Below are positions 9,712 to 19,798 of a stretch of 56,894 bases of DNA, one piece after another. Every line of letters starts with the position of its first letter. The first letter of the stretch is position 1. The notes beneath the pieces were generated by a model. It was not told the origin of the DNA and made no database searches. It was given only the letters and a program-made list of their open reading frames with translations. The stretch is taken from contig CAZNUA010000003.1 of assembly GCA_964576115.1 (NCBI GenBank), positions 79,116-136,009 on the forward strand, given 5' to 3'. Made by a program: the position numbers and the translations under genes. Source of the DNA: an uncultured Gemmatimonadota bacterium (lineage in GTDB: Bacteria; Blakebacterota; Blakebacteria; Blakebacterales; Blakebacteraceae).

Positions 9712-11724
9712 GTGTATTCCCTGATCAGTCGCGGATTCGTACGGTTTGTGAATTTTCTCGCCGCTCTGCTCGTCATGGCGGCGGCCGCCCCGGCGGTTCG
9801 AGGACAGGGGGGGTTGGAGAACGTCATCGATCCGGGGCGGCTGCCCTATCTGAAGAACGCGACCTTCCGGCAGATCTCCTCGACCGATGCGAGCGGCGGC
9901 AATGCCGACCGGCTGGTGATCGCGCCGGACGAGACCGCCACCCTGGCCGAAATCGAGGGGCCGGGCGTGATCACCCGCATCTGGATCACGATCTCGAGCC
10001 AGGATGAGCACTACCTGCGGCGGATCGTGCTGCGCTTCTTCTGGGACGGCGAAGAGGAGCCGAGCGTGGAGGTGCCGGTGGGCGATTTCTTCGGCACCGG
10101 CTTTGCCAAGGAACACTATGTCTCGTGGTACCTGGGGATCTCCTCTGGGGGGTTCTACAGTTACTGGCCAATGCCGTTTGCCCGTTCGGCCCGGCTCGAA
10201 GCGGTGAACGAAACCGGCCGGCAGGTCGACGCCTTCTACTACCAGATCGACTACCAGGCTCTGCACGAACCGCTCCCCGACGATGTGGCCTACTTCCACG
10301 CCCAGTGGCGGCGCGAACCGCGCACCGATCCCGAGCGTAACTACACCGTCCTCGAGGCCTCAGGGCGCGGCCACCTGGTGGGGGTGAACCTGAACATGCA
10401 GGGCTACAACGGTCAGCTCTGGTTTCTCGAAGGGGATGAATTCGTCTGGGTCGACGGCGCCGCCGAACCCGTCATGACCGGCACCGGCACCGAGGATTAC
10501 TTCACGGGCGGCTGGTACTTCAACGAGGGCACCTTTGCCGGGCCCTGGCACGGACTGATCATCAAGGACGAGGATCTGGCCCGCATCGCCGCCTACCGCT
10601 ATCACATCGGCGACGCCATCAGCTTTCGGCGCTCGCTGCGCTTCGAGATCGAACACGGTCATGCCAACACCGAGCTGGGCGATTACTCATCCACCGCCTA
10701 CTGGTACCAGCGCGAACCGCACGCTCCCTTCCCGCCCCTGCCCCCGGCCAGGGCCCGGATCCCCCTGCGGGTCTTGGTGCCCGACGGGGCGCTGGAGGGT
10801 GAGGCCCTCGAACTCCTCAGCCCCCGCCGCCGGCAGGGATTAGAGATTCGCAATCTGCGGACCTGGGGCGCCGACATCAGCGGCGGCGAGGCCCTGGTCT
10901 GCGACTTGTCAGCCACCGGCCCGGTACGCCTGCGCCTCCCCGCACCCACCCGCGACCGCTATTCGGTGGCTCTCTATCCCATCGAGGGACCGGGGTACGG
11001 TTCGGTCCGCTTCCGGGTTAACGGGCAGGACCTGGGCGAGGCCTTCAGCGGAGTCGCGGCCGAGATCGCCCCGGCCGGCCGGCTCCAGATCGGCACCGCC
11101 ATCCTCGACCCGGGTGGAGGGGTGCTCGAAGTGATACCGGTCGGCCCCGATCCCGGCGCCCCCGAGGGCTCGGGCGGTCTGCTTTTCGGACTGGATGCCG
11201 TGAGCCTGGAGCCGGTCATGAACTTCGTCACCTGCTGGCAGGTGATCGGGCCCTTCGACAACCCCCGGGCAGAGCAGGGGGAGGGCACGGTCGGGCTCGA
11301 GATCCCGTATCCGCCCGAGCGGAGCGTCGACCTCGAGGCCGAGTACGAGGGGGTGGGAGGACAGCGGGTGCGCTGGCGCGAAGCCGAAACCGACGCCTCG
11401 GGTTTCCTGAACCTCGATGCCCTCTTTACGCCCAACGAGCAGACGGCCGCCTACGCCGCGGCCTGGATCGAGAGTCCCGATGCGCGGGTGGCGGACTGCT
11501 TCCTGGGCTCGGATGACTGGGTCGGGGTCTGGCTCAACGGCGAGCGGGTGCACGCCAATATGCTGCACCGCGCGGCTGAACCCGATCAGGACCATATCCG
11601 CCTGCGCCTGCGCCCGGGCCGGAACCTGCTCCTGGTCAAGGTCGGCGACGACTACGGCGGCTGGGGCCTCTACCTGCGCATCCCCGATCCCGACCAGGTG
11701 CTGCGGATCACCCCCCGGCGGTAG
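9712..11724 (+). CDS. Secreted DUF2961 / glycoside hydrolase family 172 protein with C-terminal accessory domains
   Basis: GPGVITRIWIT, PSVEVPVGDFFG, WPMPF, EGDE, GTGTEDYF, AYRYH, IEHG motifs; signal peptide; C-terminal WQVIGPF...GSDDWVGVWLNG...GRNLLLVKV beta-sandwich. Confidence 0.85.
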   Translation: MYSLISRGFVRFVNFLAALLVMAAAAPAVRGQGGLENVIDPGRLPYLKNATFRQISSTDASGGNADRLVIAPDETATLAEIEGPGVITRIWITISSQDEHYLRRIVLRFFWDGEEEPSVEVPVGDFFGTGFAKEHYVSWYLGISSGGFYSYWPMPFARSARLEAVNETGRQVDAFYYQIDYQALHEPLPDDVAYFHAQWRREPRTDPERNYTVLEASGRGHLVGVNLNMQGYNGQLWFLEGDEFVWVDGAAEPVMTGTGTEDYFTGGWYFNEGTFAGPWHGLIIKDEDLARIAAYRYHIGDAISFRRSLRFEIEHGHANTELGDYSSTAYWYQREPHAPFPPLPPARARIPLRVLVPDGALEGEALELLSPRRRQGLEIRNLRTWGADISGGEALVCDLSATGPVRLRLPAPTRDRYSVALYPIEGPGYGSVRFRVNGQDLGEAFSGVAAEIAPAGRLQIGTAILDPGGGVLEVIPVGPDPGAPEGSGGLLFGLDAVSLEPVMNFVTCWQVIGPFDNPRAEQGEGTVGLEIPYPPERSVDLEAEYEGVGGQRVRWREAETDASGFLNLDALFTPNEQTAAYAAAWIESPDARVADCFLGSDDWVGVWLNGERVHANMLHRAAEPDQDHIRLRLRPGRNLLLVKVGDDYGGWGLYLRIPDPDQVLRITPRR

Positions 11725-11728
11725 TGCC

Positions 11729-13339
11729 TCAGAACTTCACCGGCACGATCAGGGCCACCTGATGGCAGAGAACCGGGTGCGGTTCGAGGACCACTTTGCC
11801 GGTCGGGGCTGCGAGTGGATCGGAGGGATTGATGACGAGTGAACCCTCTGATCCCATCGGATTTCTCGGATCGATCCAGAAGCGTTCGACTCCCGGGCGA
11901 CCGGTACCGAAGCGGATGTAGCCGCTGTACTGCAGCCGAAAATCGGGGAAGGTCAGGTAGCCGCCCCAGGTCGGTGTCAGCTCGAGCCAGTTTTCTTCCC
12001 GCTTCTCAACGCTATCCCAGCGATTGTCTTTCTGCCGGATGGTGTAATTGTAAGAGGTGAGCCGGGCGCCGAACTGCAGACCGCCGGGCTCTCTCTCCCA
12101 GGCGCACCCGAGGGCCATGCTTCCGTTCAGGAAGCGGAAGCGGTTCTCGACCGTCTTCGCGCCCGCCGGCAGGATCTCCGCACCCTGCCAGTTCCGGAAC
12201 GGATCCTCGGTCAAGCCCCAGGTTTCGAGGAAGATCGGCTGCAGGGTGAACTCCCACGACCAGGTGATCCCGTCGGCCAGACCGGAGGTGCCCAATCCGA
12301 GTGAGAAGGCATGAACGTATCCCGGATCCCTGGGGATGGCCTTCATCCCTTCGAGCTCGTACTCGGGGATCTTCGGGTACTTTTTCCCGTTCCAGGTCAG
12401 ATGCCACCCCAGAGTCCGGAACTCACCCTGAAATTTACGAATCCCGCCTATGTGGAACCCCAGCGTCCGGCTCCGGTCTTCGAAGCGGCGGATCTGGACC
12501 GGGGCGGGATAGTTGAGAAAGCCATCCCACTTGTACCCGGCGACGGGCCACCAGTTCCATTCGATCCAGGGATTGTAAGCCGAGTAATAGTATCCCAATC
12601 TCAAATCGGGATGGATGACACGGTGGACCAGATTCGAGGCGCCAAGCAGGATCATGACCTCGGCTGATCCGGTCTCTTCCTCCTCGCTGAAGATTCCGAT
12701 GCGGACGAGATTAGACCGGCCCGAGTGTTTCAGATGCAGGCAATCGCGGTAGAGGTACTCGTACCCTTCCAGGCGTTCGGTGTCGCTTCCTGACCAGGAG
12801 AGTCCCAGGGCCGGCCCCCGATCGGAGAGGGGAATACCTGTAAATACCTGCCAGGTGATATTGCGCGGCATCGAAGGCGCCGGCAGTGGCGAGGGATAAC
12901 TGCGGTACCGTTTGGTTTCCTGGAGTTGCTGCACGGTCAGTCCTTCAAACCAGGGGATGGTCGGAAGGGTGTTGACCAGTCGCTGAGTGGAGAGGAAACC
13001 GCCCGCGAACCAGTGCGGAGTACCGATGGTCACTCCGCCGGTCAGGGTGCGGCCGCTGCCCTGCTCGTCGTCGATGCTATAGAGGGTCGGCAGAGCGAAC
13101 AGTTGCAATCCCTCCAATCTGGCTCCTTTGGCGGGATTGACGAAAGGATCGAGCAGGGGATTGTCGACGGCGATGGATACACCACCCATCCCGAGCGTGC
13201 GGGAGGGAAGCATGATTCCGCTGTCACCGGAGACGATCGGCGTGGTTTTGATCGGTATGAGTTGGGCCTTTACGGGAAGCGGTGCCGCCAGAGCGGTGAC
13301 TATGCTCACCAGACAGAGAGAACGGATGAAGGGCAGCAT
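11729..13339 (-). CDS. Exported hypothetical protein, possible outer-membrane beta-barrel
   Basis: Signal peptide (PVKA|QLIPIKT), SRTLGMGGVSIA...DPFVNPA motif typical of FadL/PorV-like barrel N-termini, many amphipathic strands, terminal F. Confidence 0.55.
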   Translation of the reverse strand: MLPFIRSLCLVSIVTALAAPLPVKAQLIPIKTTPIVSGDSGIMLPSRTLGMGGVSIAVDNPLLDPFVNPAKGARLEGLQLFALPTLYSIDDEQGSGRTLTGGVTIGTPHWFAGGFLSTQRLVNTLPTIPWFEGLTVQQLQETKRYRSYPSPLPAPSMPRNITWQVFTGIPLSDRGPALGLSWSGSDTERLEGYEYLYRDCLHLKHSGRSNLVRIGIFSEEEETGSAEVMILLGASNLVHRVIHPDLRLGYYYSAYNPWIEWNWWPVAGYKWDGFLNYPAPVQIRRFEDRSRTLGFHIGGIRKFQGEFRTLGWHLTWNGKKYPKIPEYELEGMKAIPRDPGYVHAFSLGLGTSGLADGITWSWEFTLQPIFLETWGLTEDPFRNWQGAEILPAGAKTVENRFRFLNGSMALGCAWEREPGGLQFGARLTSYNYTIRQKDNRWDSVEKREENWLELTPTWGGYLTFPDFRLQYSGYIRFGTGRPGVERFWIDPRNPMGSEGSLVINPSDPLAAPTGKVVLEPHPVLCHQVALIVPVKF

Positions 13340-13590
13340 GGGTGATCACCTCGCAGGTACGCGCCCGACCTGATGATCGGTCCGGAGCGCGGTCATAGAC
13401 GTCTACCAGTGGGCCTGATACCTGACTCGACCCACCGCTCACCGGTCGTGACCACTCCGAAAGAGAGAACGAAGGCGATCGAGCTTTCTTTACCGCAGCC
13501 TGGAGGAAAATTGAAATCTCCGGCCCGATGGAGTAGGCTCGGAGAACCTATATGGTGCGGTCTATAGCGATTATCGAAAGGGACTATCCC

Positions 13591-14748
13591 ATGACTGACA
13601 AGCGTACGTTTCCCCCTGCTGGCGGACGCCGGTACGTCCGTTGCCGGCGGTCGGGATTCTGTCTCAGCCTCATCGCCCTGGCTGCTTCGGCCGTGCTCCC
13701 TTCGGGCGCAGAAGCCCAGGTCTGCCGCGACGGCGTCGAACCCGTGAAAGTGCACTGTGACACGCTCTTTGCCATCGGCCGTCCCGACGGTCCGGTCGAG
13801 GAGTATCTGGCCCGCGATCCGCGCGGCGGCAGTGTCCTGATGGATGTCGGGCCCGACGGCCTGATCTGGATCCTCAACCCCATCGACGGCCACCTCATGG
13901 CGTTCTCAGATGCGGGCGAGCGATTGGTGTCATACAGCAGGAAGGGATCGGGTCCCGGTGAGTTCCAGCAGGCCATGGCCCTGACGGCGGTCACGAGCGG
14001 TGCCTGGACCTGGGACTGGCCCAATCAGCAGCTCTGCCGGTGGTCGTTGGGTGGGGGATTGCTCGAAACCCACCGGACCGATCTGCCCCAGCCGATGTTC
14101 AACCGCCTGGTGATCGACCGGACCGGAACCGCCTGGTTCCTGCACGATGTAGTCGAAGAACCGGAGTACGAAGAAATTCCGGTCGAACTGCGGTGCCTCG
14201 AACCGGGAGGAGAGCAGCAGGCCGTGGCGGCCTTTGGAATCCCCGGAGCCATGCTCCCGGGTCGGGGCTTTGCCCTGTCTTTGTTCCCCTCCTTCGCGCC
14301 TCTGCCGGCCGGGGGGATCGTCATCGCCACGACCCACGAATACGATCTCTTCGGCTTCACGGCGGTAGCGGACGAGGCCATTCTGCACTGGCATTTCCCC
14401 TCGCTGGAGACGCCCTATACGGCCCGGCAGCGGCGGACGGGGGGGCGGGGTGGTTTTACCCCCGCCGGCGGCGAGCTGATCGAGCCGCCGCTCCTGTCGC
14501 ACCAACCCGACCTGACGGACATCCACCCGGCGTGTGCCGAAGCGTTCTGGATAACGACCCAGGTTCGTAGCGATGAAGGCTTGAGGCGGATCGACTATAT
14601 CGACTGCGAGGGGAACCGGACCGGCAGTTACTGGTTCCCCGGCCGGACCGGGACGATCCGGGGGACGATCGAGCACCCGGTTGTTCTGACCTACACACCC
14701 GACGGTCAGCAGGTATTCGGTCTGCGGATACGCATCGAAGACCGCTAG
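13591..14748 (+). CDS. Secreted 6-bladed beta-propeller (NHL-like) protein
   Basis: Signal peptide (AEA|Q), KGSGPGEFQ motif and repeated blade-like segments. Confidence 0.65.
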   Translation: MTDKRTFPPAGGRRYVRCRRSGFCLSLIALAASAVLPSGAEAQVCRDGVEPVKVHCDTLFAIGRPDGPVEEYLARDPRGGSVLMDVGPDGLIWILNPIDGHLMAFSDAGERLVSYSRKGSGPGEFQQAMALTAVTSGAWTWDWPNQQLCRWSLGGGLLETHRTDLPQPMFNRLVIDRTGTAWFLHDVVEEPEYEEIPVELRCLEPGGEQQAVAAFGIPGAMLPGRGFALSLFPSFAPLPAGGIVIATTHEYDLFGFTAVADEAILHWHFPSLETPYTARQRRTGGRGGFTPAGGELIEPPLLSHQPDLTDIHPACAEAFWITTQVRSDEGLRRIDYIDCEGNRTGSYWFPGRTGTIRGTIEHPVVLTYTPDGQQVFGLRIRIEDR

Positions 14749-14818
14749 TTTCTCAGACCGGGTCGGGAGCTGCGCGAGATAGGATTTTTCGGCCGGGGCT
14801 GAAACGTCCCGTCAGCAC

Positions 14819-14841
14819 TTTCCGTTTAAACTATACGGAAA
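14819..14841. promoter_or_regulatory. Inverted repeat upstream of the ADOP permease (candidate operator)
   Basis: TTTCCGT-TTAAACTAT-ACGGAAA, perfect 7-bp arms about 60 bp before the ATG. Confidence 0.45.
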
Positions 14842-14902
14842 CCGCGGCCGGTACGTCAGTACCACCAGCATAGAGAACAACCTCTCGCGCGGAGATGGAT
14901 TC

Positions 14903-17335
14903 ATGGGCAACCTGTTTGCCGACCTGGCGTATGCCATTCGATCGCTGCGCCGACAGCCCGGGTTCACGGTCGTGGCTGTCCTCACCCTGGCCCTGGGGAT
15001 CGGGGCGGTCAGTTCGCTTTTCAGCATCGTCCGCGGGGTCCTGCTCACCTCGCTGCCCTATCCCGAACCCGACCGCATCGTCGAGATCATGGACGGTAAC
15101 AGCCGCAGCCCCTGGGTGCCGGTCACGGCGGGAGCTTTCCTGCATCTGCAGGAGAACGCGGCCACTCTCGATGATGTAGCGGCGGTCGACTACGTCGGTT
15201 TTTCCGTGCGGGGCGGCGAGGAGACAACCTCGCTGACTGGAGCGATGACGTCGGCGTCTCTGTTTGACATTCTCGGTACCCGGGCCGCTCTCGGGCGACT
15301 CTTCAACGCCGAGGACGATCTGCCCGGTGCGCCGGGAGCCGCAGTGATCAGTCACGGGCTCTGGCAGCGCCTGTTCGGCGGCGATCCGGCGGTACTGGAC
15401 CGCTCGATCGAGGTCGATCTGATGTCGCGCTACGGCCCGGCCCGCTCGGTAGCCGAGGCCTATACCATTGTGGGCGTTCTGCCCGAGGATTTCCTGCCCC
15501 CCCTGCCCGGGGTCCAGCTCTGGCTGCCGATGCGGCTCGACCGGGCCGAGGCGAACCTGGGCGTCAACTACCTCTGGCTCTTCGGGCACATGCGCCAGGG
15601 GGTGGCGCTGGAAACCGTCCGGGCCGATGTGAACCGCCTGATGCAGGCGGGGGATCCGGACTGGCTGGCCAGCGGGGATACCGAAGACGTGGCCGTCAGC
15701 CTGCGGCCCCTGCCCGATGTCTTGCGGGGCAACATCCGTCCGGCCCTGCTCCTGCTCTTTGCCGCCGTCGTCCTGGTGTTGCTCATCGGCTGTGCCAATG
15801 TGGCCAACCTGCTGCTCTCGCGCACCTGGCTCCGCAGCCGCGAGATGGCCGTGCGGGCCGCCCTGGGAGCCGACCGGGGACGACTGGTGCGCCACCAGCT
15901 GGTCGAGAGCCTGGTCCTGGCCGCGACCGGGACCGTGCTGGGTCTGATCGTAGCCCGCGGTATCCTGGCCCTGATTCTCACCCTCGATCCGGGTTCGATT
16001 CCCCGGTTCGGACCGATACAAATCGATCTGCCGGTCTTCCTGTTCGCCGTCGGCATCGGTCTGGTCAGTCTGCTCGTGTTCGGCCTCGTGCCCGCCCTGA
16101 GGGCCTCCCGGATCGACCTGCAGAGTACGATCCGTGAAGGAGGCCGGGGGTCGACCGGCGGGCGTTCTTCGCGCCGCCTGCGCAGCGGGGTTCTGGTGGC
16201 CGAGATCGCTCTGGCGGTGCTGCTGGTAATCGGTTCGGGCCTGCTGCTGCGCAGCCTGGCCCGCGTACTGGACGTCGATCTGGGCTTCAGCACCCGCAAC
16301 GTCCAGACAATGGCTCTCACCCTGCCCCGGGAGAGATATCCCGACGCGGCTGTCCGTCTCCAGCTTGCCGAAGATCTCCTCACCCGGGTGCGGGCTCTGC
16401 CCGGCGTGCAATCGGCCGGGACGATCAGCATCATTCCCTTCACCAACCTGAGTACGGCCACGTACTACCGCATTCCCGGGAACGAGGCCGATCAGGAGCG
16501 CCCCCCCCTGGCGGATATCCGCCGCGTCGGTACCGACGGTCTGCAGTCGCTGGGGGTTGCCCTGCGCCGCGGGCGCTGGCTGGACGAAACCGATCTCTCG
16601 ACCGAGGTACCGAACATCCTCATCAGTGAATGGATGGCCCGCACCTGGTGGTCTGAAACCGATCCGATCGGGCAGAGGGTGGAGGTGGTGAGTTTCGGTT
16701 TCACGGCCACGGTCGTGGGGGTCATCGGGCGCATGCGGTTGAACTCGTTCGCCGATGAGGAACGGGGGCTCATCATCATCCCCGACAACGGCGGTTATAC
16801 GATCGGGCTGATTGCCCGCACCGACGGTGACCCCGGGGCTCTCGTTCCGCCCCTGCGTGCGATCATGGCCGACCTGGCTCCCGATCTGCCGGCCGATAAT
16901 ATCATGACCATGGCCGAGCGGGTCGACCAGGTCGTCACCTCGCGCCGCTTTCAGACCGTCCTGATGGTTCTTTTCGGGGCGGTGGCGCTTCTGCTCGCGG
17001 CTATCGGGGTGTACGGGGTGACGGCTTTCGGTGTGTCCCAGCGGCTCGGGGAATTCGGTATCCGCATGACCCTGGGAGCCCGGACAGGGGATGTCATGGG
17101 CCTGGTCCTGCGCGAAGGTCTTCTGCTGGCCGCGATCGGCATCGTGATCGGTACGGCGGGAGCGCTGGCGCTCTCGAGCCTGCTGCAGGATCTGCTCTTC
17201 GGGATCACGTCAACCGATCCGGTGACCCTGCTGGGGGTACCGGCGGTCCTGCTCCTGACGACCGCCCTGGCCTGCTTCGTGCCCGCCCGGCGGGCGACCG
17301 GGGTGGATCCGGTGACGGTGCTGCGGCGGGAGTGA
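14903..17335 (+). CDS. ADOP-family duplicated ABC permease (MacB-periplasmic/FtsX x2)
   Basis: DLAYAIRSLRRQPGF, TLALGIGA, LLIGCANVANLLL, REMAVRAALGA, EFGIRMTLGA, PARRATGVDPV. Confidence 0.9.
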   Translation: MGNLFADLAYAIRSLRRQPGFTVVAVLTLALGIGAVSSLFSIVRGVLLTSLPYPEPDRIVEIMDGNSRSPWVPVTAGAFLHLQENAATLDDVAAVDYVGFSVRGGEETTSLTGAMTSASLFDILGTRAALGRLFNAEDDLPGAPGAAVISHGLWQRLFGGDPAVLDRSIEVDLMSRYGPARSVAEAYTIVGVLPEDFLPPLPGVQLWLPMRLDRAEANLGVNYLWLFGHMRQGVALETVRADVNRLMQAGDPDWLASGDTEDVAVSLRPLPDVLRGNIRPALLLLFAAVVLVLLIGCANVANLLLSRTWLRSREMAVRAALGADRGRLVRHQLVESLVLAATGTVLGLIVARGILALILTLDPGSIPRFGPIQIDLPVFLFAVGIGLVSLLVFGLVPALRASRIDLQSTIREGGRGSTGGRSSRRLRSGVLVAEIALAVLLVIGSGLLLRSLARVLDVDLGFSTRNVQTMALTLPRERYPDAAVRLQLAEDLLTRVRALPGVQSAGTISIIPFTNLSTATYYRIPGNEADQERPPLADIRRVGTDGLQSLGVALRRGRWLDETDLSTEVPNILISEWMARTWWSETDPIGQRVEVVSFGFTATVVGVIGRMRLNSFADEERGLIIIPDNGGYTIGLIARTDGDPGALVPPLRAIMADLAPDLPADNIMTMAERVDQVVTSRRFQTVLMVLFGAVALLLAAIGVYGVTAFGVSQRLGEFGIRMTLGARTGDVMGLVLREGLLLAAIGIVIGTAGALALSSLLQDLLFGITSTDPVTLLGVPAVLLLTTALACFVPARRATGVDPVTVLRRE

Positions 17336-17338
17336 GGA
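17257..17338 (+). repeat. Direct repeat A, copy 1 (3' end of the permease gene)
   Basis: 82 bp; 74/82 identical to 27452-27533 by manual alignment. Confidence 0.9.
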
Positions 17339-17494
17339 TCCACCGGGCGTGATTCCTCCGAATCGGCGACAGCATCAGTGACACGGGTCGAAGATAGGGG
17401 CGGACCGATCTGGTCTGTCCGGCGTAACTATCGAGCCCGGAATCTCGTCCTGAGTGCAGAGACCACTGTCACTACTCGGGGAGGGCAGTTGATC

Positions 17495-18379
17495 ATGACG
17501 CATCGAGGGGAAACCTGTGCCTGTCTGCTTCTCATCATCTGGGTTGCATTCACGCCTGTAACACGGGCAGGAGCCCAGCAGGCGGTCCAGCTCACTGCCG
17601 AGCCGGGCATGGAGTATCACCCGCGCTGGTCACCCGATGGGGAACGCCTGGCCTTTACGGCCAACCGCGGGGGAGAACTTCTCCTGGTGACGATGCGGCC
17701 TGACGGTAGTGACAGGCGGGTTATCCTGACCGGTATGCCCGGTGATCTGCACCTGACCTGGTGCCCCGACGGGGAGCGGATCATTTTCGATTCCCGGCCC
17801 GAAGGCAGTTTTTCCGAACTCTACCTGCTCGACCTGGCGACTGGATCGGTCCGGCAGCTCACCGGGGATGAGAGTGGCGGCTTTCACCCAGCCTGTTCCC
17901 CCGTTACGGAACGGATCGTGTATTCCGACGGAGGTGACCTGCACCTGCTGGTGCTGAACGAAACCCGCTCGATGCCCCTGACCACGGGACGGCCCGGCGC
18001 CATTCACCCCTCGTTCTCTCCCGATGGCCGCAGTGTCGTCTATACTTCAGAGAGAAACGGCAATCCCGACCTCTTCCTCATCCCTGTCGCAGGCGGTGAA
18101 CCACGCCGCCTGACCGATGACCGGGGTGCTGATGACTGGGCGGTCTTCGCGCCCGACGGCAAGCGCCTCATTTTCAATTCCGACCGCACCGGCAACCGCG
18201 AACTCTGGATCCTCGAACTCTCCAGCGGTGACCTCACCCTTCTGACCGACGGACCGGGGAACAGCTGGCAGGCCGACTGGTCGCCCGATGGGGAACAGAT
18301 CGCTTTCGTTTCCGACCGGGAAGGTTCGCTTGATATCTGGCTCTGCGATGCTCCAAAGCGGGAACAGATCCGGTTCTGA
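17495..18379 (+). CDS. Secreted TolB-like PD40 beta-propeller protein
   Basis: Repeated P-x-W/F-SPDG motifs (HPRWSPDG, HPSFSPDG, ADWSPDG, FVSDREG); signal peptide after ATG 17495. Confidence 0.85.
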   Translation: MTHRGETCACLLLIIWVAFTPVTRAGAQQAVQLTAEPGMEYHPRWSPDGERLAFTANRGGELLLVTMRPDGSDRRVILTGMPGDLHLTWCPDGERIIFDSRPEGSFSELYLLDLATGSVRQLTGDESGGFHPACSPVTERIVYSDGGDLHLLVLNETRSMPLTTGRPGAIHPSFSPDGRSVVYTSERNGNPDLFLIPVAGGEPRRLTDDRGADDWAVFAPDGKRLIFNSDRTGNRELWILELSSGDLTLLTDGPGNSWQADWSPDGEQIAFVSDREGSLDIWLCDAPKREQIRF

Positions 18380-18432
18380 TCGGATCCCGGCCTTCCGAGG
18401 CTTGTAAAGGAAGAGCGAGCGTGGCGATGCCT

Positions 18433-19497
18433 TCACCGCTCCGCGCGGTAATAGCCGATGGAGCAGAAGCTGACCCAGTGGCGCAGGGAGAAGGGTGCAG
18501 TGAGGCCCATCCCGGTCATTTTCAGCGGCAGCACGCCCTCAGTGTAGGTGTCGGAGTAACGGAAGAGCGTTCCGCTGATCTCCCGGCCCTGAGTTCGGGC
18601 GATGATCTTCTGGACAGCAAGCAGGCCGAAGGGGATGGAGTACTTCCCGCACCAGTAGGTGTTGCGGTAATCCAGGAAGGTTTCCCCCCACAGCTCCCCG
18701 GTCAGACCTTCGACCTTGCCCGCGTCCATGACGCCCGTCAGGTAGTCGCGGATCAGCCGTTGGTCCAGGGCCCGGCCCGCGAGCCAGGCCTGTTCTCCCT
18801 CGCCGAAGGGCGAGTTGTCGAAATCCTGTCCGTAGTGGTTACCGTCGGAGGAGATCAGGAAGGCAATATCCCTCCCCGCCACAAGCCCCCGCTCCTGCAT
18901 GTACCCGGCGATGACGTCCGCAAGCAGGGTCGAGATCTCGTCCATTGTCTCGAAGGGCATGCCCGTGACCATGATGGGCGTGATCTTGACTCCCGGGTTG
19001 TAAAACTGAAGCCAGGGCACCTCCGCCTCGATCGAATGCTCGAGGACATGCGCGTGATTGCTGACTTCATAGACGTCGCGATCCAGGCGGTCCTTGAGGA
19101 CCTCCCGCAGGTCGGAGATCTCCACCGGCCCGGTCAGACCGGACCAGCGGGCGAATTCGTCCAGGATCAGGATGTTGTGCGGATCTCCGATCGTGTTGCG
19201 CACCGTCCCGTGGGTCACTCCGAATATGACTACCTCTTTGGCTCGCAGGATCCGGAACAGGGGATAATCCACCCGGCCGGCGTAGAGATAATCATCGTGG
19301 GGGGCGATGGCGGCCACCAGGCCCTCGGGCTCGAAGCTGTCCTGCTCCACGCTCTGGAGATAATCGACCATCCTCTGCATGCTCGCCGGGTTCCAGCAGA
19401 AACCGACGTCGTCCCGGATGGGACGCACGTCCCGGCTCTGCAGCGCCGGGACGGTGAGGGTGAGGATGAGGAGCCCGGCACCCGTGAACGCTTTCAT
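18433..19497 (-). CDS. amrB: AmmeMemoRadiSam system protein B (MEMO1 family), orphan, with N-terminal signal-like segment
   Basis: IAPHDDYLYAG, FGVTH, EHSIEAEVPWLQ, ISSDGNHYG, WCGKYSI, YSDT, HWVSF; RBS before ATG 19497. Confidence 0.8.
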   Translation of the reverse strand: MKAFTGAGLLILTLTVPALQSRDVRPIRDDVGFCWNPASMQRMVDYLQSVEQDSFEPEGLVAAIAPHDDYLYAGRVDYPLFRILRAKEVVIFGVTHGTVRNTIGDPHNILILDEFARWSGLTGPVEISDLREVLKDRLDRDVYEVSNHAHVLEHSIEAEVPWLQFYNPGVKITPIMVTGMPFETMDEISTLLADVIAGYMQERGLVAGRDIAFLISSDGNHYGQDFDNSPFGEGEQAWLAGRALDQRLIRDYLTGVMDAGKVEGLTGELWGETFLDYRNTYWCGKYSIPFGLLAVQKIIARTQGREISGTLFRYSDTYTEGVLPLKMTGMGLTAPFSLRHWVSFCSIGYYRAER

Positions 19498-19762
19498 GGT
19501 CTCACTTCCCTTCCTGGTCCATGGCCGCGGCCCTCGGAATAGTCGAGCCTCCGGCGACCATCCGGTAAGACGTCGAGAGATCGAGTGACTCCATCCTCGC
19601 ACGGAACTGCGTCTCGGGCAATCCCGGGGTGGTTCAGTCCGCGGGTCGGCCAGGCACGCTGGCTGAACATGGCATTTTTCGTGTGCCATTCATAGCATAT
19701 TTCATGGGCTTGAATGGGCTATCTTCGTAGTGGCCGACATAATAATGTATAAACACGATTGA

Positions 19763-19798
19763 CATAATGACTGTATTTACTTAATTATAGTCATTATG
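19763..19798. promoter_or_regulatory. Long inverted repeat overlapping TTGACA and the start codon of the AAA-DUF4143 gene
   Basis: CATAATGACT-N16-AGTCATTATG (perfect 10-bp arms, 15/17 when extended); TTGACA at 19759-19764; no RBS before ATG 19796. Confidence 0.6.
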
